From the NCBI GenBank assembly GCA_964016885.1, contig OZ024751.1:36022001-36086000 (forward strand): a stretch of DNA of 64,000 bases, given 5' to 3'. Positions 1-17,705 of this stretch are shown here, piece by piece; the first letter of the stretch is position 1; every line of letters begins with the position of its first letter. Position numbers and translations under genes: made by a program. The notes below the pieces were generated by a model. That model had not been told where the DNA came from. It did no database searches and saw only the letters and a list, made by a program, of their open reading frames with translations. Origin of the DNA: Eledone cirrhosa. Its lineage: Eukaryota.

Positions 1-867
1 GACTACTGTCGTTTTGTATGTACTCCATTGTTTTGTTTCTTCTTTATCAGTAAGTTAATTATGACACAGTCTGTATGAGTCTTTTAACTTTTGCTGACGC
101 TAACATTTTATGTCGTGGCTGCGGTATTTACAAAACCTATTGGTATATGTCTGGTTGAGTTGTTCTCATAAATGTTTGAATATGCATTAATATTTTCTCA
201 GACAACTGGCATTATATTTGTAATATTCGCATTAAAAAGGCAGTGGACTGGCAGAAAACAAAGATTTTCGAACCAAATGCCTTTCAGTGTTCTGTTATCT
301 CACTCAACCTTCGGATTTAAAAATCCATTAAAATTTCCCTTCGTTTTACATCCGTCTGGAGTCGATGGTATGAGTCTAGGCTACTATAATCCATAATAAC
401 GCTGCTTTAACAATATTCGCTCTTGTGCCGCTCTACAAAAAATAAATCAATATTCTGGCAAATAATGCAATGGTCAATGTGTAACAGCCTATAAAATCGC
501 TCCAGTAACCGTTCAACATTTATCTTTAGCCGCAAGGGATTGTCACAGTACTCCGGACAATCAAACAGTGTATGCATATAATCCAAGTGCAACAAGACGT
601 TAAGATAAAATAAACTTTATATTGTACTACAAAAGTATTTATTTGAGATAAATTATCTGCAATATCACCATTATTGAGTTGTTAAAAGGATATTTTCAGG
701 TGGCAAAGCTTACTGTTGGAAAAAAAAGACAATTTTGTATCATATATGTAATTGTCTTGGGAGAAATCAACCATTCCGAATCATGTTTTGAACTACGTTC
801 GATAGAAGCTTATCTTTATTATATATGGACGGAGAAATATATTTATGAATCAGCAAATACAGTTACT

Positions 868-3182
<2,315 letters not shown>

Positions 3183-3489
3183 TGTATAAAAATCAAAAGA
3201 TACAATATATGCATATTGTATCTTTTGATTTTTATTGTAATTTTAATGTTGGTAAAGGTATATTATAGTATATTATATTGTATTATATATAATTCCTGCT
3301 CTATATAACCACCTTTGTTTAGCTCTAGTTTTTGCTTTGGACTATATTTGTAATATCGTTCTTAGTGTCATATACATCCTTAGTAATTTTTATCATATAT
3401 TTTTATTATATATTTTTGTAATACTTCAGTGTATGTACACTCCATATTCTTCGGAGCTTCCGGCTTGTATCTGCCGATATTATTTCTTG

Positions 3490-3576
3490 TTTCATCCTTA
3501 CGGGGTCGATAAAATAAAGTACCAGTAATGCACTGGAATAATTGCTGGCCTTGTGCCTAAAGTAGAAACAATTATT
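3490..3576 (+). mobile_element. SINE family A, 5'-truncated copy
   Basis: Matches the 3' half of the full copy at 41456-41640; flanked by the near-perfect duplication ATTATTTCTYGTT (3479-3491/3571-3583). Confidence 0.9.
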
Positions 3577-3586
3577 TCTCGTTGTT

Positions 3587-3637
3587 TTAATTGCCCTGAT
3601 GAGTCCTTAATAGGACGAAACATTGTCGGCTAATAAA
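3587..3637 (+). ncRNA. Minimal type I hammerhead ribozyme motif
   Basis: GCC-CTGATGA-GTCCT-taat-AGGAC-GAAA-C-att-G-TC-GGC: canonical core, 5-bp helix II, GUC cleavage triplet (3625-3627), helix I GCC/GGC extendable. Confidence 0.8.
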
Positions 3638-3679
3638 GACTTTTGATGTATTGAAGGCTTCTTTGTTTTACTCTCTTAA

Positions 3680-3806
3680 TACATATATATATACATATAT
3701 ACATATATATACATATATATATATACATATATATATATACATATATATATATATACATATATATATATACATATATATATATACACATATATATACATAT
3801 ATATAC

Positions 3807-3867
<61 letters not shown>

Positions 3868-3900
3868 CATATATACATATATATACATATATATATATAC

Positions 3901-3967
<67 letters not shown>

Positions 3968-4086
3968 CATATATATACATATATATATATACATATATAT
4001 ACATATATATATATACATATATATATACATATATATACATATATATATATATACATATATATACATATATATATATACATATATAT

Positions 4087-4133
<47 letters not shown>

Positions 4134-4456
4134 CATATATATATATATACATATATATATATACATATATATACATACATATATATACATATATACATAT
4201 ATACATATATACATATATATATATACATATATATACATACATATATATACATATATAAATATATATATATATACATATATACATATATATACATATATAT
4301 ACATATATACATATATATATATACATATATATACATATATACATATATATATATACATATATATATACATATATACATATATATATATATACATATATAT
4401 ACATATATATGTACATATATATACATATATACATATATATATATATATACATATAT

Positions 4457-4489
<33 letters not shown>

Positions 4490-4494
4490 TATAT

Positions 4495-4532
<38 letters not shown>

Positions 4533-4536
4533 ATAC

Positions 4537-4588
<52 letters not shown>

Positions 4589-4915
4589 GTATATATGTAT
4601 ATATATATATATTTATATATGTATATATATGTATGTATATATATGTATATATATATACATATATTACATACATATATATACATATATAAATATATATATA
4701 TAATACATATATACATATATATACATATATATACATATATACATATATATATATACTATATATATATGTATAAATATGTATATATTATATAATACATATA
4801 TATATATATGTACATATACATACATATATATATATATGTACATATACATACATATATACACATATATATATATATATATGTACATATACATATATATATA
4901 CATATATATATATAT
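3680..4915. repeat. (TA)n/TACA microsatellite
   Basis: Directly visible. Confidence 0.97.
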
Positions 4916-6211
<1,296 letters not shown>

Positions 6212-6443
6212 TAATGTGTTTATACATACATAATATGTAAGTGTGTACATTAAGACACGATATGCTTCGTTGTATATATTCTTCCCTCGTGATGTCAATA
6301 GTAACCTTATTCAATAGCAATACCTAAAACTATTAACCCGACCTTGATTGGATTATTATATACACGGTGTAAAGCTTTTATGTCAGTATAAACCCCGTGT
6401 CATCGGTTGCCTTCCTGAAACCAACCATTGGAACGGATTCAGC

Positions 6444-6497
<54 letters not shown>

Positions 6498-6534
6498 ATG
6501 TCCGTATAATGCTTGAACGTTCACATACACAAAC

Positions 6535-6565
<31 letters not shown>

Positions 6566-6574
6566 ATTCAAAGG

Positions 6575-6617
<43 letters not shown>

Positions 6618-6734
6618 CAAAGGGGTATATATACATATATATATATATATATAATTAGACATAGTCATAGATACATATTATCTAATGTTTCTTCGGATAT
6701 ATATATATACCGTATATATATATATATATATATA

Positions 6735-6925
6735 TAATTGTTTCTACTTTTGGCACAAGGCCAACAATTACCCAGTGCATTACTGGTACTTTATTTTATC
6801 GAGCCGTAAGGATGAAAGGCAAAGTTAACCTCGGCGGGATTTGAACTCAGATCATACAAGGGCCGTAACTCTATGCGACAAAGCATGACGTCCGACCCTC
6901 TACCGATACTGCCAATCCCCCGCCT
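6735..6925 (-). mobile_element. tRNA-derived SINE family A, full length
   Basis: Reverse complement of the family sequence, with A box TGGCAGTATCGG, B box GAGTTCAAATCC, central GCCTTTCATCCTTACGG..TCGATAAAATAAAGTACCAG and AACAATTA end. Confidence 0.93.
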
Positions 6926-7257
6926 TTATATATATATAATGTGTGTTTTATCTTACATGGAAACAGAAATATATGTATTTCACCATTGATATTAGAGATA
7001 ACCTTCTCTTCTATTTGATATGAGGTCGTTAAAGTCTGTCCCAAGTCCCAGGTTCATCATGTTGGAGCATATCACCGTTTCATTGGCATTAAGTGACAAA
7101 GGGGACAAAACCCACCCTTGGATTGGGCGGAGAATAAATACCTTCTTTCCTGCTGGATCGGATGTCAATCCATCATCATTTTAGCCCCCAGTTTTCACTG
7201 CTGGGATTAATGACTTTTTCCATTGAATTGACTGTTGTAACATTATATGAAGTATCA

Positions 7258-7443
7258 GTGGTTGATTGCCAGTATCGGTAGAGGAACGGACGCCATGCTT
7301 TGTCGCATAGAGTTACGGCCCTTGCCATTCTGAGTTCAAATCTCGCCGAGGTTAACTTTGCCTTTCATCCTTACAGGGGTCGATAACATAAAGTACCAGT
7401 AATGCACTGAGTAATTGCTGGCCTTGTGCCAAAAGTAGAAACA
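7258..7443 (+). mobile_element. SINE family A with 16-bp TSD
   Basis: Family match; TSD ATTATATGAAGTATCA at 7242-7257 and 7444-7459. Confidence 0.93.
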
Positions 7444-7448
7444 ATTAT

Positions 7449-7556
7449 ATGAAGTATCATCTTGTTCAAGGACAGAACACGCAGTTCAGACTGAGAATCG
7501 GAAATCAGCATCGTATGATTATTAGCTCAAGATATGAACCATTAGGCCTCGTGCCT
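7449..7556 (-). mobile_element. SINE family B, degenerate tRNA-like head, interrupted by the SINE A insertion
   Basis: Reverse complement resembles the 5' part of 46500-46782 and 62410-62738 (GGC.CG.GGC.TA.TGGTT...GTCCTTGAACAAGA). Confidence 0.6.
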
Positions 7557-8610
7557 TGAATCAAATACATAAACTAGATCATCAATTATGTTCAAGGGTC
7601 GACTGAAATGTTCATAGGCTGAACAGATCTTAGGCTGACCAAGATACTCTATTTCAATATAGGCCCTGTAAAGAAACAATGCAGCTACGGATAAGAAAGA
7701 TTGAAATTAATGCATGAAAGATTTCACAGCTTTAGCATCACTCCTTCATAGTCGTAATACGTAGTACGAACCCATAAATTACGTCTTGTAGATTAAAACA
7801 TAAAAAAATATCCACCAGTAACTCACGTGATTTGTTGTTGTTGTTTGGGTGATATACCAAATGAAATGTTGATTTAAAGATAGGTTATTATTGCTAGAAG
7901 AAGCCAAACATCCTTTTACGGATGGAAGTGAAAATTCTCGCACGATCGTTTCATTAATAAAAATGGTCATTCTTCTATAGAATTCGAATCGACTTTGGAA
8001 AAGAGAGAAATTAGCGGAGAATTTCCAAATGTTTTATGCGAGGAATCTGACCGTGAATAAACCAATATAGACTTAATCAATCGGCAGAATAAACAAGTTT
8101 CAGTAGAAATGATTTGGTTTAATATAGGAAATTATGATTACATCTGAAATTCATAAGTAACGCACCATTTAATATATTTTAACGAAGCAGAAAATCTTAA
8201 TATCTCTGTAGCAGTAGCAGCAGTAGCAGCAGTGCGAATTAAAATATAAAGATAACAAAACAACATAAATAAACATAAAAGTTAATTATAAATTGAAACG
8301 ATCTCCATTTTCATTTACTCTCAGAAACACAAATACATACAGACTCACACATACATATATATATATAGATATAGAAATACATATAAGTGTACATATATAT
8401 ATATGTATATACATCCATACACACAAATATATATATATATACATATACATACATACACATATATATATGTAAATAAATATATATATATATATACATACGT
8501 ACATCCATACACACAAATATATATATATATATACATATACATACACACACAAACATATATATATATATACATATACACACATATATATATATACATATAC
8601 ATACACACAC

Positions 8611-8641
<31 letters not shown>

Positions 8642-8646
8642 AATAA

Positions 8647-8677
<31 letters not shown>

Positions 8678-8722
8678 TATATATATATGTATGTATTAGT
8701 TAAATGAAACAAAACACAGGAA

Positions 8723-8768
<46 letters not shown>

Positions 8769-9402
8769 TGACATATATACGTGCGTGTGCATCTGTGCGT
8801 GTTCGTGTACTTTGCATCATTTGAGGTGCCTTTTCATTCTCTATCACTCTATAGTAAGAGAGATAGAGATCACCAAGACAAATCGATATATAGGTAGATA
8901 ACTGAATTGACTACTAATCAACTCGAACTAACACTGTAAACAAATCAATAATTTTCTTTTTCTTTCTAATTTCCCTTTCAAATAATTTCCATTCAACGTA
9001 AAATGTTTTGAAAATATAAAATCTTTCGTTTGAAACCGTATTACGATCCCATCATACTTTGATATAGAATTATCAATTCACACTTATAATTGATCTTCAG
9101 CGTTACCATTAATGGATTGGATTCTGCGGCAGCAGTAGTAGTAGTGGTAGTAGTAGTTGTTGTTGTAGTTGTTGTGCAGTAGTAGTAGGGGTTATAGTAG
9201 TAGAAGTATTAGTAATAGTAGCAGGAATCCGAGCAGTAATGGTAGTAGTAGTAGTAGTAGTAGTAGTAGTAATATTTCTATCAGAATATGTCAACACTTT
9301 GATACTAACAAGCAGATACTTTAATCTATCTGTCTGTCTGTCTGTCTGTTTGCCTGTCTCCCCCCTCTCTCTCTATATATCTCTCTCTCTCTCATACGAT
9401 AT

Positions 9403-9444
<42 letters not shown>

Positions 9445-9459
9445 ATATCGTATATCTAC

Positions 9460-9573
9460 TCCATTTATAATATCGTACATCTATCATTTATTAATATCGT
9501 ATATCTACTCCAAATACTTGTCGAGTGCTTTATATCAGTTATGTTGTATCCCAACAATTTTAAATAGAACTTT

Positions 9574-9577
<4 letters not shown>
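9460..9577 (+). mobile_element. 3' tail fragment of PLE-like family P2
   Basis: CCATTTATT.AATATCGTA..TACTCCAAATACTT...GAGTGCTTTATATCAGTTA...CCCAACAATTT shared with 40630-40735 and, inverted, with 51543-51640; ends in (TA)n. Confidence 0.65.
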
Positions 9578-9625
<48 letters not shown>

Positions 9626-9765
9626 TATATATATATATATAGTATGTACTCTCTGAGCCGCTGATTGCAACTGCATTACTGCAATTCAGCAAATTCATTG
9701 AGTGAGATAGACGCTGGCCCGAGACCGTTGAATTTATACCAGCGATCTTCGTTAATTTTATATAG

Positions 9766-10116
<351 letters not shown>

Positions 10117-11036
10117 TGTGTGTTTCTATGTCTTGTTAAATTGACTTTACCATAATTCTGTCGGCAGAAACTGCCTTGTATGTACATATATACCATACAA
10201 TCCTGTATTCTGTTGGTATATACAGAGTCATGTATACTTTGCAATTAAGCTTAATAAACCTGATAGAATTGGAGACGTGTTTAATCTTGTATAAGCTATT
10301 TTTTACCGTTGATATTTCACGTCTATCGTTTTGAAGATCTTCAGTCTTTCTAAAGTATGAATGAAGATCTTTAGACAAATAATTTCGAAGATTAAAGATT
10401 ATTTTAAATTTACAAAACAAACAAAAGACAAAAAACAAACAAACAACAAAACAATAATAATATTAATAATAATAATAACAATAATAATAATAATAATAAA
10501 CGCGACAAAGTTCAATTTGTTAATGCCAATACAAATCAGAAGGATTGTGAATATTTCCTCCAAATTCAAATAGGTGGATAATGGAGAAAGCTGTGTGGTA
10601 GGAAGTTGTTAACTCCTATGTTCAGCTAGGTTAGATTGTTAACACCTAAGTGACATTACCTATATTAATATTGTGGCAAATTTAACTCCTTTCTTGAAGA
10701 AAGATATATGAAAAACGAAATTGAATATTTTAGAAGTGAAAATTACATGTGTCGTGATGTCAGCTAATAATTTTCTTTTCTGACATGTGATACGTCAAGT
10801 CGGTGCGGTGGAAATAATTGAAACACACCAAGGAAACACGACGGATGTGTCAATAAAACATTGAATGTCACCAACAAAGGTGAAAATATAGATACGAAGG
10901 AATGTTTGTGAGACCACACTTCTATTTCAATCAGTTATTTATAAAATCAAACAGACTGGTATAAATAACATCAGCCGTATAGTCCCATGGAATATTCCTA
11001 GTGAACAACAGGAACAACAAGAATAACAACATTATA

Positions 11037-11243
11037 TTAATGTTTCTACATTTGGCAAAAGTGAAGCAATTTAAAGAAAGGAGGCAAGTTGATTAAATCG
11101 ACTAGCGCTTTATTTTATCGACCTCGTAAGAAGAAAAATCAAAGCTAATCTCGGCTGGATTTGAACACAGAACGTAAAAGGCTGTAACGATATACCGCAA
11201 GTAATATTGTCTGACGTTCTACCGATACTGCTAATCCACAGTC
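11037..11243 (-). mobile_element. SINE family A, older long variant, diverged
   Basis: TTTATTTTATCGACCTCGTAAG...GGATTTGAACACAGAACGTAA...TCTACCGATACTGCTAATCCAC. Confidence 0.8.
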
Positions 11244-11248
11244 AGTAC

Positions 11249-11291
<43 letters not shown>

Positions 11292-11292
<1 letters not shown>

Positions 11293-11647
11293 TCAAGTAT
11301 AAGGACCTGGAGATAGAAATTGGAAAAATGTGGAAATTGAGAACTAAAACAATACCAGTGGTTGTAGGCGCTCTAGGAATGATACCTAAGGGGTCTAATG
11401 ATTACATATCGCAAATCCCAGGAAACCCGCGTATAGGAGAAATACAAAAGCTAGTACTAATGGGAACTGCCCATATACTAAGGAAGATTCTGTCAATATA
11501 AGTACGTCACAAGTCTAAACACCTAAATATGCATGTGTGAGTATGTATGTTCTTTCTTGAACATGGCGGACCTTGTTGTCTCTTGAGGTCACTGGTTGTG
11601 ACTTGGTGATAACTCGTATGAACATAAAGCAAGATAAATGCAGCTGT
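11292..11647 (+). mobile_element. 3' end of an R4/Dong-clade non-LTR retrotransposon (C-terminus of the restriction-like endonuclease region plus 3' UTR)
   Basis: 11292-11501 translates without stops to FKYKDLEIEIGKMWKLRTKTIPVVVGALGMIPKGSNDYISQIPGNPRIGEIQKLVLMGTAHILRKILSI*, with the KY.DL / PVVVGALG / GTAHILR signature; (AAT)n on both sides (about 11249-11291 and 11648-11665). Confidence 0.88.
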
Positions 11648-11670
11648 AATAATAATAATAATAATACTAC

Positions 11671-11920
11671 CATGAGGTCAAAGTGGTCCCGATTGTTATA
11701 GGCGCATTAGGTACTATCTCAAAGAGTTTCCAAGGATGGTTAAAGAAAATTGGTCCCGCCCCGCTTTTTGGAACACTTCAAAAGGCATGCTTGCTGGGAA
11801 CAGCAAGAATCCTCCGATACGTCCTGAATATCTGAGGCTGCAGGTAGTGGCTTGATATTCATTTCAACAAACTTTCCAGTAAAATAACATCAATGACTGA
11901 CACTCAAAGAACAATAATAA
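11671..11920 (+). mobile_element. Second, distinct R4/Dong-clade 3' fragment
   Basis: 11671-11835 translates to HEVKVVPIVIGALGTISKSFQGWLKKIGPAPLFGTLQKACLLGTARILRYVLNI*, followed by a short UTR ending AATAATAA. Confidence 0.85.
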
Positions 11921-11937
11921 GCAGAATGATAACAATT

Positions 11938-12080
11938 ATAATGTTTTTAATTTTTGCACAAGGCTAGCAATTTAAAGGGAAGTGGAAAGTCGATTGAATC
12001 GACCCCAGTAGTTAAATGGAATTTATTTTATCGACCCGGGAAGGATGTAAAGCAAAGTTGACCCCTGTGAGATTTCAACT
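11938..12080 (-). mobile_element. SINE family A long variant, 5'-truncated
   Basis: GCACAAGGCTAGCAATTT...GTCGATTGAATCGACCCCAG...TTTATTTTATCGACCC. Confidence 0.8.
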
Positions 12081-12081
12081 G

Positions 12082-12290
12082 ATGTGGTTTCGATTCTCAG
12101 ATGAAGTAGAGCATTGCGTCCTTTGTCACAGGCACTGTATTTAACTCATCTGAAAATGAGTACGATGAGTAACTGTGGGTCACAATGTTGACAGACAGCC
12201 GTCCTGTCCAATCAAGGGGCTTGTACTGCCACTCTCTTAACGCTAGTGTAACCGAAACACGCTCTTATTGAGTGTATTTCTATGCTCTGG
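12082..12290 (+). mobile_element. Degenerate SINE-like fragment (family B-related head, different body)
   Basis: B-box-like GGTTTCGATTC followed by GCATTGCGTCCTT...GGCACTGTATTT, similar to 46550-46610. Confidence 0.4.
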
Positions 12291-12967
12291 AAAAACGCAA
12301 TTATTATAAGACTATATCTCAAATTGTTCGTACCACAAAAGAAATAAACATGATATAGCTTAAACATGGAGGAAATAAATTTTCTTAAATAAATAATATT
12401 TCATTGAAATCTAGAAATAGTTTTATTTTACTTATCAAATGGAGCAGAGCAAATATTTTAACCGTACAGAAATATCTGGCGAGAAATAACATCAACATTT
12501 TATAAACTATTATGGCGTTTAGGAGTTTTATTTCCGACTGAAATTTGAACATAATGAATCCATTAAAATATGGAGTTTTCGTCCGGTCTATTATATTATA
12601 AGTTTCCTAATTGTAATGAAGTGTCTGTAAATTAGGAGGTTGATAAGAGATCGTTATAATTTATCCAGATATAGACTGCTCTCCATTAAACGCTTTAGCA
12701 GAATATTAGCAATCAGGAAATCAGGAAATTCATTCGGTTTAATAATAGGATTGAGACGTAGATTTAACCGCTATCTTCTGTCTAAGAAAGTTAATTGACA
12801 TAATATAACTGAATAGCAAAGCTTCTTCCGAAATATTTACCATTTATTGGAAATTGGAACTTCCTCCCTTCTCATGTCATTATCAAAGTAATGGATCTGA
12901 TGTTGTTTCAAACGATATCGATATCTCCGTTATCGGAAGGCCTGTTAAGGATATAAATACTGCCTCA

Positions 12968-13200
12968 TCCCTTCCAGAAAAAACCCTTGAACGTCAGCTC
13001 TAAGGAACACTTTCCTTGCTCATATTATTCCCAAAGTAGTGGATCCGCACAGTTTTCAAGCAAACATCAACGTCATAGATCTCTCTCAGCAGACATGTGC
13101 AAGTCATGGCCACTTTCCCGCCCCTTCCAGTAAACCCCTACAACGTCAGCTCTAAGAACACTTTCTCTAGGAACACTTTCCCTACCTATGTCATTCCCAA
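12968..13200. repeat. Diverged tandem duplication, period ~155 bp
   Basis: CCCTTCCAG.AAA.CCCT..AACGTCAGCTCTAAG(G)AACACTTTC...ATTCCCAAA occurs near 12969 and near 13122. Confidence 0.75.
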
Positions 13201-13379
13201 ATATTGAACCAGCAAATCTTCAACAAAATCTCAATATCACCAATCTCACCAGTTTTAGAGTACTTGTGAAGGCCATTGACATTGCTCCTTCGTCTCAGAT
13301 AAAACTCCAAAGTAAAACAAAATCAGTTTAAAATTTACTAAGAAAGTATAAAACATCCCTTAATGAAAGAACTTATTGA

Positions 13380-13450
13380 ACTACATCATTACTACATCAT
13401 TACTACATCATTACTACATCATTAATTACTACACCATTACTACATCATTA
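13380..13450. repeat. 11-bp minisatellite (ACTACATCATT)n
   Basis: About six copies visible. Confidence 0.9.
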
Positions 13451-13925
13451 ATTGAACATTTCTTATACCAATTTAGTACCAATACAATATACTAATGTTC
13501 TCTACTAAGATACTGTACCAATCCACTCTAACAATGTACCAAAATATTACCAATTCACCAACCAACACAGTATTCTTGATTTCCCTTTAATTAAGAACAA
13601 ATAACATAGCAGCCAAAATAATGCAACGTATTAAAAAAAAATGCAATGCTTTCTTTTATGTTTAAGTGAACAATAATATTTAATTATCTTTCAAAAAAGA
13701 ATTTTTAGTAGGTGTGTCAATAAATAATTTGAAATCGTAATCAAATAACGCCCTTTGGAAATTAGGTTCTACAAGTAAACTAGGAATCAATCAGTGTGGA
13801 ATAGTTTTGTTTTATATATTTTGTTTTTGTTTTAATATCTTTGTTTCGATGGGAAACAAAGAGAAATTGCTCTGGATTTACAAATAATAATAACAATAAC
13901 ATCAACATCGTCACCAATGATAATG

Positions 13926-13972
<47 letters not shown>

Positions 13973-14393
13973 GTTAGGATGATGGCGATCTACGTTGAAA
14001 GGAGAAATAAGAGATAAATAAATAATTAAATAACAAATTATTAAATGCAAAAAAAAAAGAAGAACAACAACAACACTAATATTTCCCTCAAAGCTTCAAA
14101 TAGATTTATTTTATTTCATTCTATTTTTATTTTTAATTTTGAAATACACGTAAACAGACCTGATACTATCGGATTAGAAATTTTGAGATGATAATATAAA
14201 CTGGTTTTAGTTTTGTTTTGTATTTTAAGTTGCGTAAATTTATCAGCGGATCTAAAGATTAAATCTTACGAAAAAGTTGTGTTTTACTTTTAAATTTTTG
14301 GAATGATTTCGTTCTCTCCTTCATTTGAATCCAATATTCGTAATCCGGTGTTACTTCATGAAAGAACATATTCCTATTATTGTTTCAATAATG

Positions 14394-14471
<78 letters not shown>

Positions 14472-14538
14472 TGAGACGCAGAGTCACACACAGATACATA
14501 CTAAGCCATAGACAGATCGTGTGTATGTATTTATGCAA

Positions 14539-14702
<164 letters not shown>

Positions 14703-15103
14703 GTATATATATATGTATATATATATATTCTCTGATTTATAAATCTAGGTGTGCTTATGTTAGTTTGTAAGCACTGTTAAAAATAGTATATACACATACA
14801 TAGATATGGACATTTATATACACACGTGATATTATGTCGAATTATAACGTTATATATGAATATATAACACACACTCTAACAAACTCTCACTCACTCGTAT
14901 GTGTATATGTGTGTATGTGTATGTGTGTGTATATCTGTATCTGTGTGTATGTGTATATGTGCGTATGTGTGTGTGTATCTGTGTGTACATGTGCAGGGAC
15001 AAAAATCATTATATAATCTCCAGAAATATACATCACATTCAGTTTACCCTTGTTTTCATATCTCCCCTTATTTCTTTCTATATTCAATATTATACATATA
15101 AAT

Positions 15104-15184
<81 letters not shown>

Positions 15185-15418
15185 CGTACACACAAACACA
15201 CACACACATATATATGAAATAATTTCAATAGAAACAAGAATTTTCCAAGGATTACAAAGTTAATATTTACCTATGTAAATTGTGATCGGATTTTCTATGT
15301 TCTTAAACATACACAGATAAATCATTCAAAATATATTTATTTTTACAAGACAAATTAAATATATTTTATGTACATACATACTTACACACAATCACACTCA
15401 CACACACAAATACACACT

Positions 15419-15449
<31 letters not shown>

Positions 15450-16197
15450 TTATTGGTGATATATTTTCAAAGTTTGTGTTTGATTTATTTAATTATAACG
15501 TGATACTTCAGATTAACATTTCAAATTTAGCTATCCATGTATAGAAATGGAAAATTGCATGCATTTGCTTACATCAATAGCGATAATGACGATAACTAAT
15601 AATAAAAATATTACAAGGTATATATTCATTTTGGTGATATTGGGAACGTAGTCTGATATAGTTTAGAAATGCTCTGATGAGCGCAAAAAATAAAGTACCA
15701 GTAAAATTCTGGAGTAATGTCATGCTCTATCTTGCTTTCTCGTTTACATTATTCGAATCCCGAAGACATTTCCTGCGCTCCTACAACTTCGTCAGGAGAT
15801 AAGGATCCATAAATGGAGTTTTCTGGGGTATGTTATCTCATACATTCTCCAACTTGATACTGTAAACTTGTAGTTTATTGCTGTAACTCAAGCAGCCACT
15901 GGTAAAGTGATCTAGCTCATATCACAACTGCTACTGTTAATATTTAATCGCTGGTCAGTCCTACTTGAGCTGGCATACGAACAATGTCGGCTCAGTGATA
16001 CTTTTGAGCTGAGATATGAACTATTTGTTGCAAATCATGTGAACACGTAGGAACAACTATTTTTACAAAAGTTGTGCATCCGAGCACGGAGGAGTTCAGA
16101 ATAATGAGTTTATTTATGCTCCTACTATTAATGTTTTAAGGTAATATTCTCTTTACTTAGACTAAGGAGACAGGGTAATGATTTTTCTCCTATTATA

Positions 16198-16270
<73 letters not shown>

Positions 16271-17223
16271 CTTGTTTGTTACTCAATATAATAACATATC
16301 ATCGTTGTACTTTATGCAAAGCAGAAGTATAAAACACATAAGTTAATATTGGCAGAAGGTCATCGAGAAATTCACGGTTGACTAACAGAGATTGAATAAG
16401 GAAATTTCAGTAATGTTATGTAAATTTCTTCTCTATTGTCATGCAAAAATATATTTTACGTATCACGTTTACAATCTAACAAAACCGTTGTATCTTTGTG
16501 TTTCCATTTCTCAGTATATCGCAGACAATGCCTAAGCTGGCCTTTTTCCTCATAAATCGGGAGATGGTAATTCAATTTTCATTTCCTTTGTGCTATGTGT
16601 TAAGTAATGATTCAGCGAGAGCTGCCAGTAGAAGATATTCCAGACGTATTTGTTTAGAAAGAACTCTGAGGTTATGGTAATTATATTTGTGCATTTTACA
16701 TTCTAAAATCTTTCTTTCTTTACTCAAAATAAAAATCGCGAACTTATTACTTTCGCCCCTTTGGGTTTTTATCATTAAGAAAGTCACTAAGAATATGGTT
16801 AAATTATATACTTTCTATATAGCAATCTCTATATATTTATTTCTATAAATATATATATTTACATCGTTTATTTTATTTTATATAATGTTAGTTTTTCATT
16901 TAATAACATCAAATTACTTCTTACTATGACCAAAGGCAAGAAGACCTTTCGAATGCATGACAATGTTTGAAAGAAATGCTATTATTTTCTGAGATTTGTC
17001 TAGCCAGCTCACATTCCATTTCAAGTCACATGACAAGATTGAATAACGGAATAGGACAAGACAAACACAATTTCTCTCTACACAACATTCTAATATATAC
17101 ACAAGTGGACATACGTCTCTTATAATACACACAACTACACCATTAGACATCATTAAACGAACTGTCATATACACCTACATAATTTAGATGTTCTGAATTA
17201 GAATAGGTATTGGGTCATCCCCC

Positions 17224-17284
<61 letters not shown>

Positions 17285-17291
<7 letters not shown>

Positions 17292-17705
17292 ATACTTGGG
17301 GAGGGTCATATTTGTGTAATAATATTGCCAGAATTAATAACAGAACACACTCACTGTTTCGTTGGTTTTCGCTTCTGTATCTTTTATATCGGTTAATTTA
17401 ATTTATTCGGTCCTCAATGTTACCATTGACTGACCAACGGTCAAAAATACAGATACAATATAGACACAAACACATATATATAGTCTAACAAAGTTCTTTC
17501 GTTGCACATCTGCAACATCGTCAGTGGTGCTATTATGTTTCCTCCCGTTGCATTGTATGCCTACGCCATCTTTATTTAGCCTGTTTATTTATTTATTTAT
17601 TTGTTTATTTTTATTTTTATTTTTTTTGTCTTCTCTGCGCATGCGTTTGCGTGTGTGTATAGTGTTTTATTTGATGTGTGTTCGTGTTTGGGTGACTGTG
17701 TATTG
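17285..17705 (-). mobile_element. Penelope-like pseudo-LTR, diverged relative of 38832-39230
   Basis: Shares the terminus ATTGTTATACTT.GGGAGGGTCAT, the HHR, and the AAGATGGCGTAGG and GCGCATGCG motifs with the GIY-YIG element. Confidence 0.75.
17487..17528 (-). ncRNA. Minimal hammerhead motif
   Basis: Minus strand reads ACCA-CTGACGA-T-GTTGCA-gatg-TGCAAC-GAAA-G-aa-C-TT-TGTT; helix I has one mismatch. Confidence 0.65.

Noticed and set aside
6361-6410. Possible minus-strand hammerhead (CCGATGA, CACGG/CCGTG stem)
   Set aside because: No GAAA at the required position; cannot be folded into the consensus.
7590-7665. Mariner-like terminal sequence AGGGTCGACTGAAATGTTCATAGGCTGA
   Set aside because: No partner inverted repeat or transposase seen; resemblance is from memory only.
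15670-15720. CTGATGAGCGC followed by a short SINE-like AAATAAAGTACCAGTAA
   Set aside because: No helix II partner or GAAA; the SINE match is too short to call.
15830-16110. Possible decayed LINE endonuclease on the minus strand
   Set aside because: Multiple stops and no motif I could read unambiguously.
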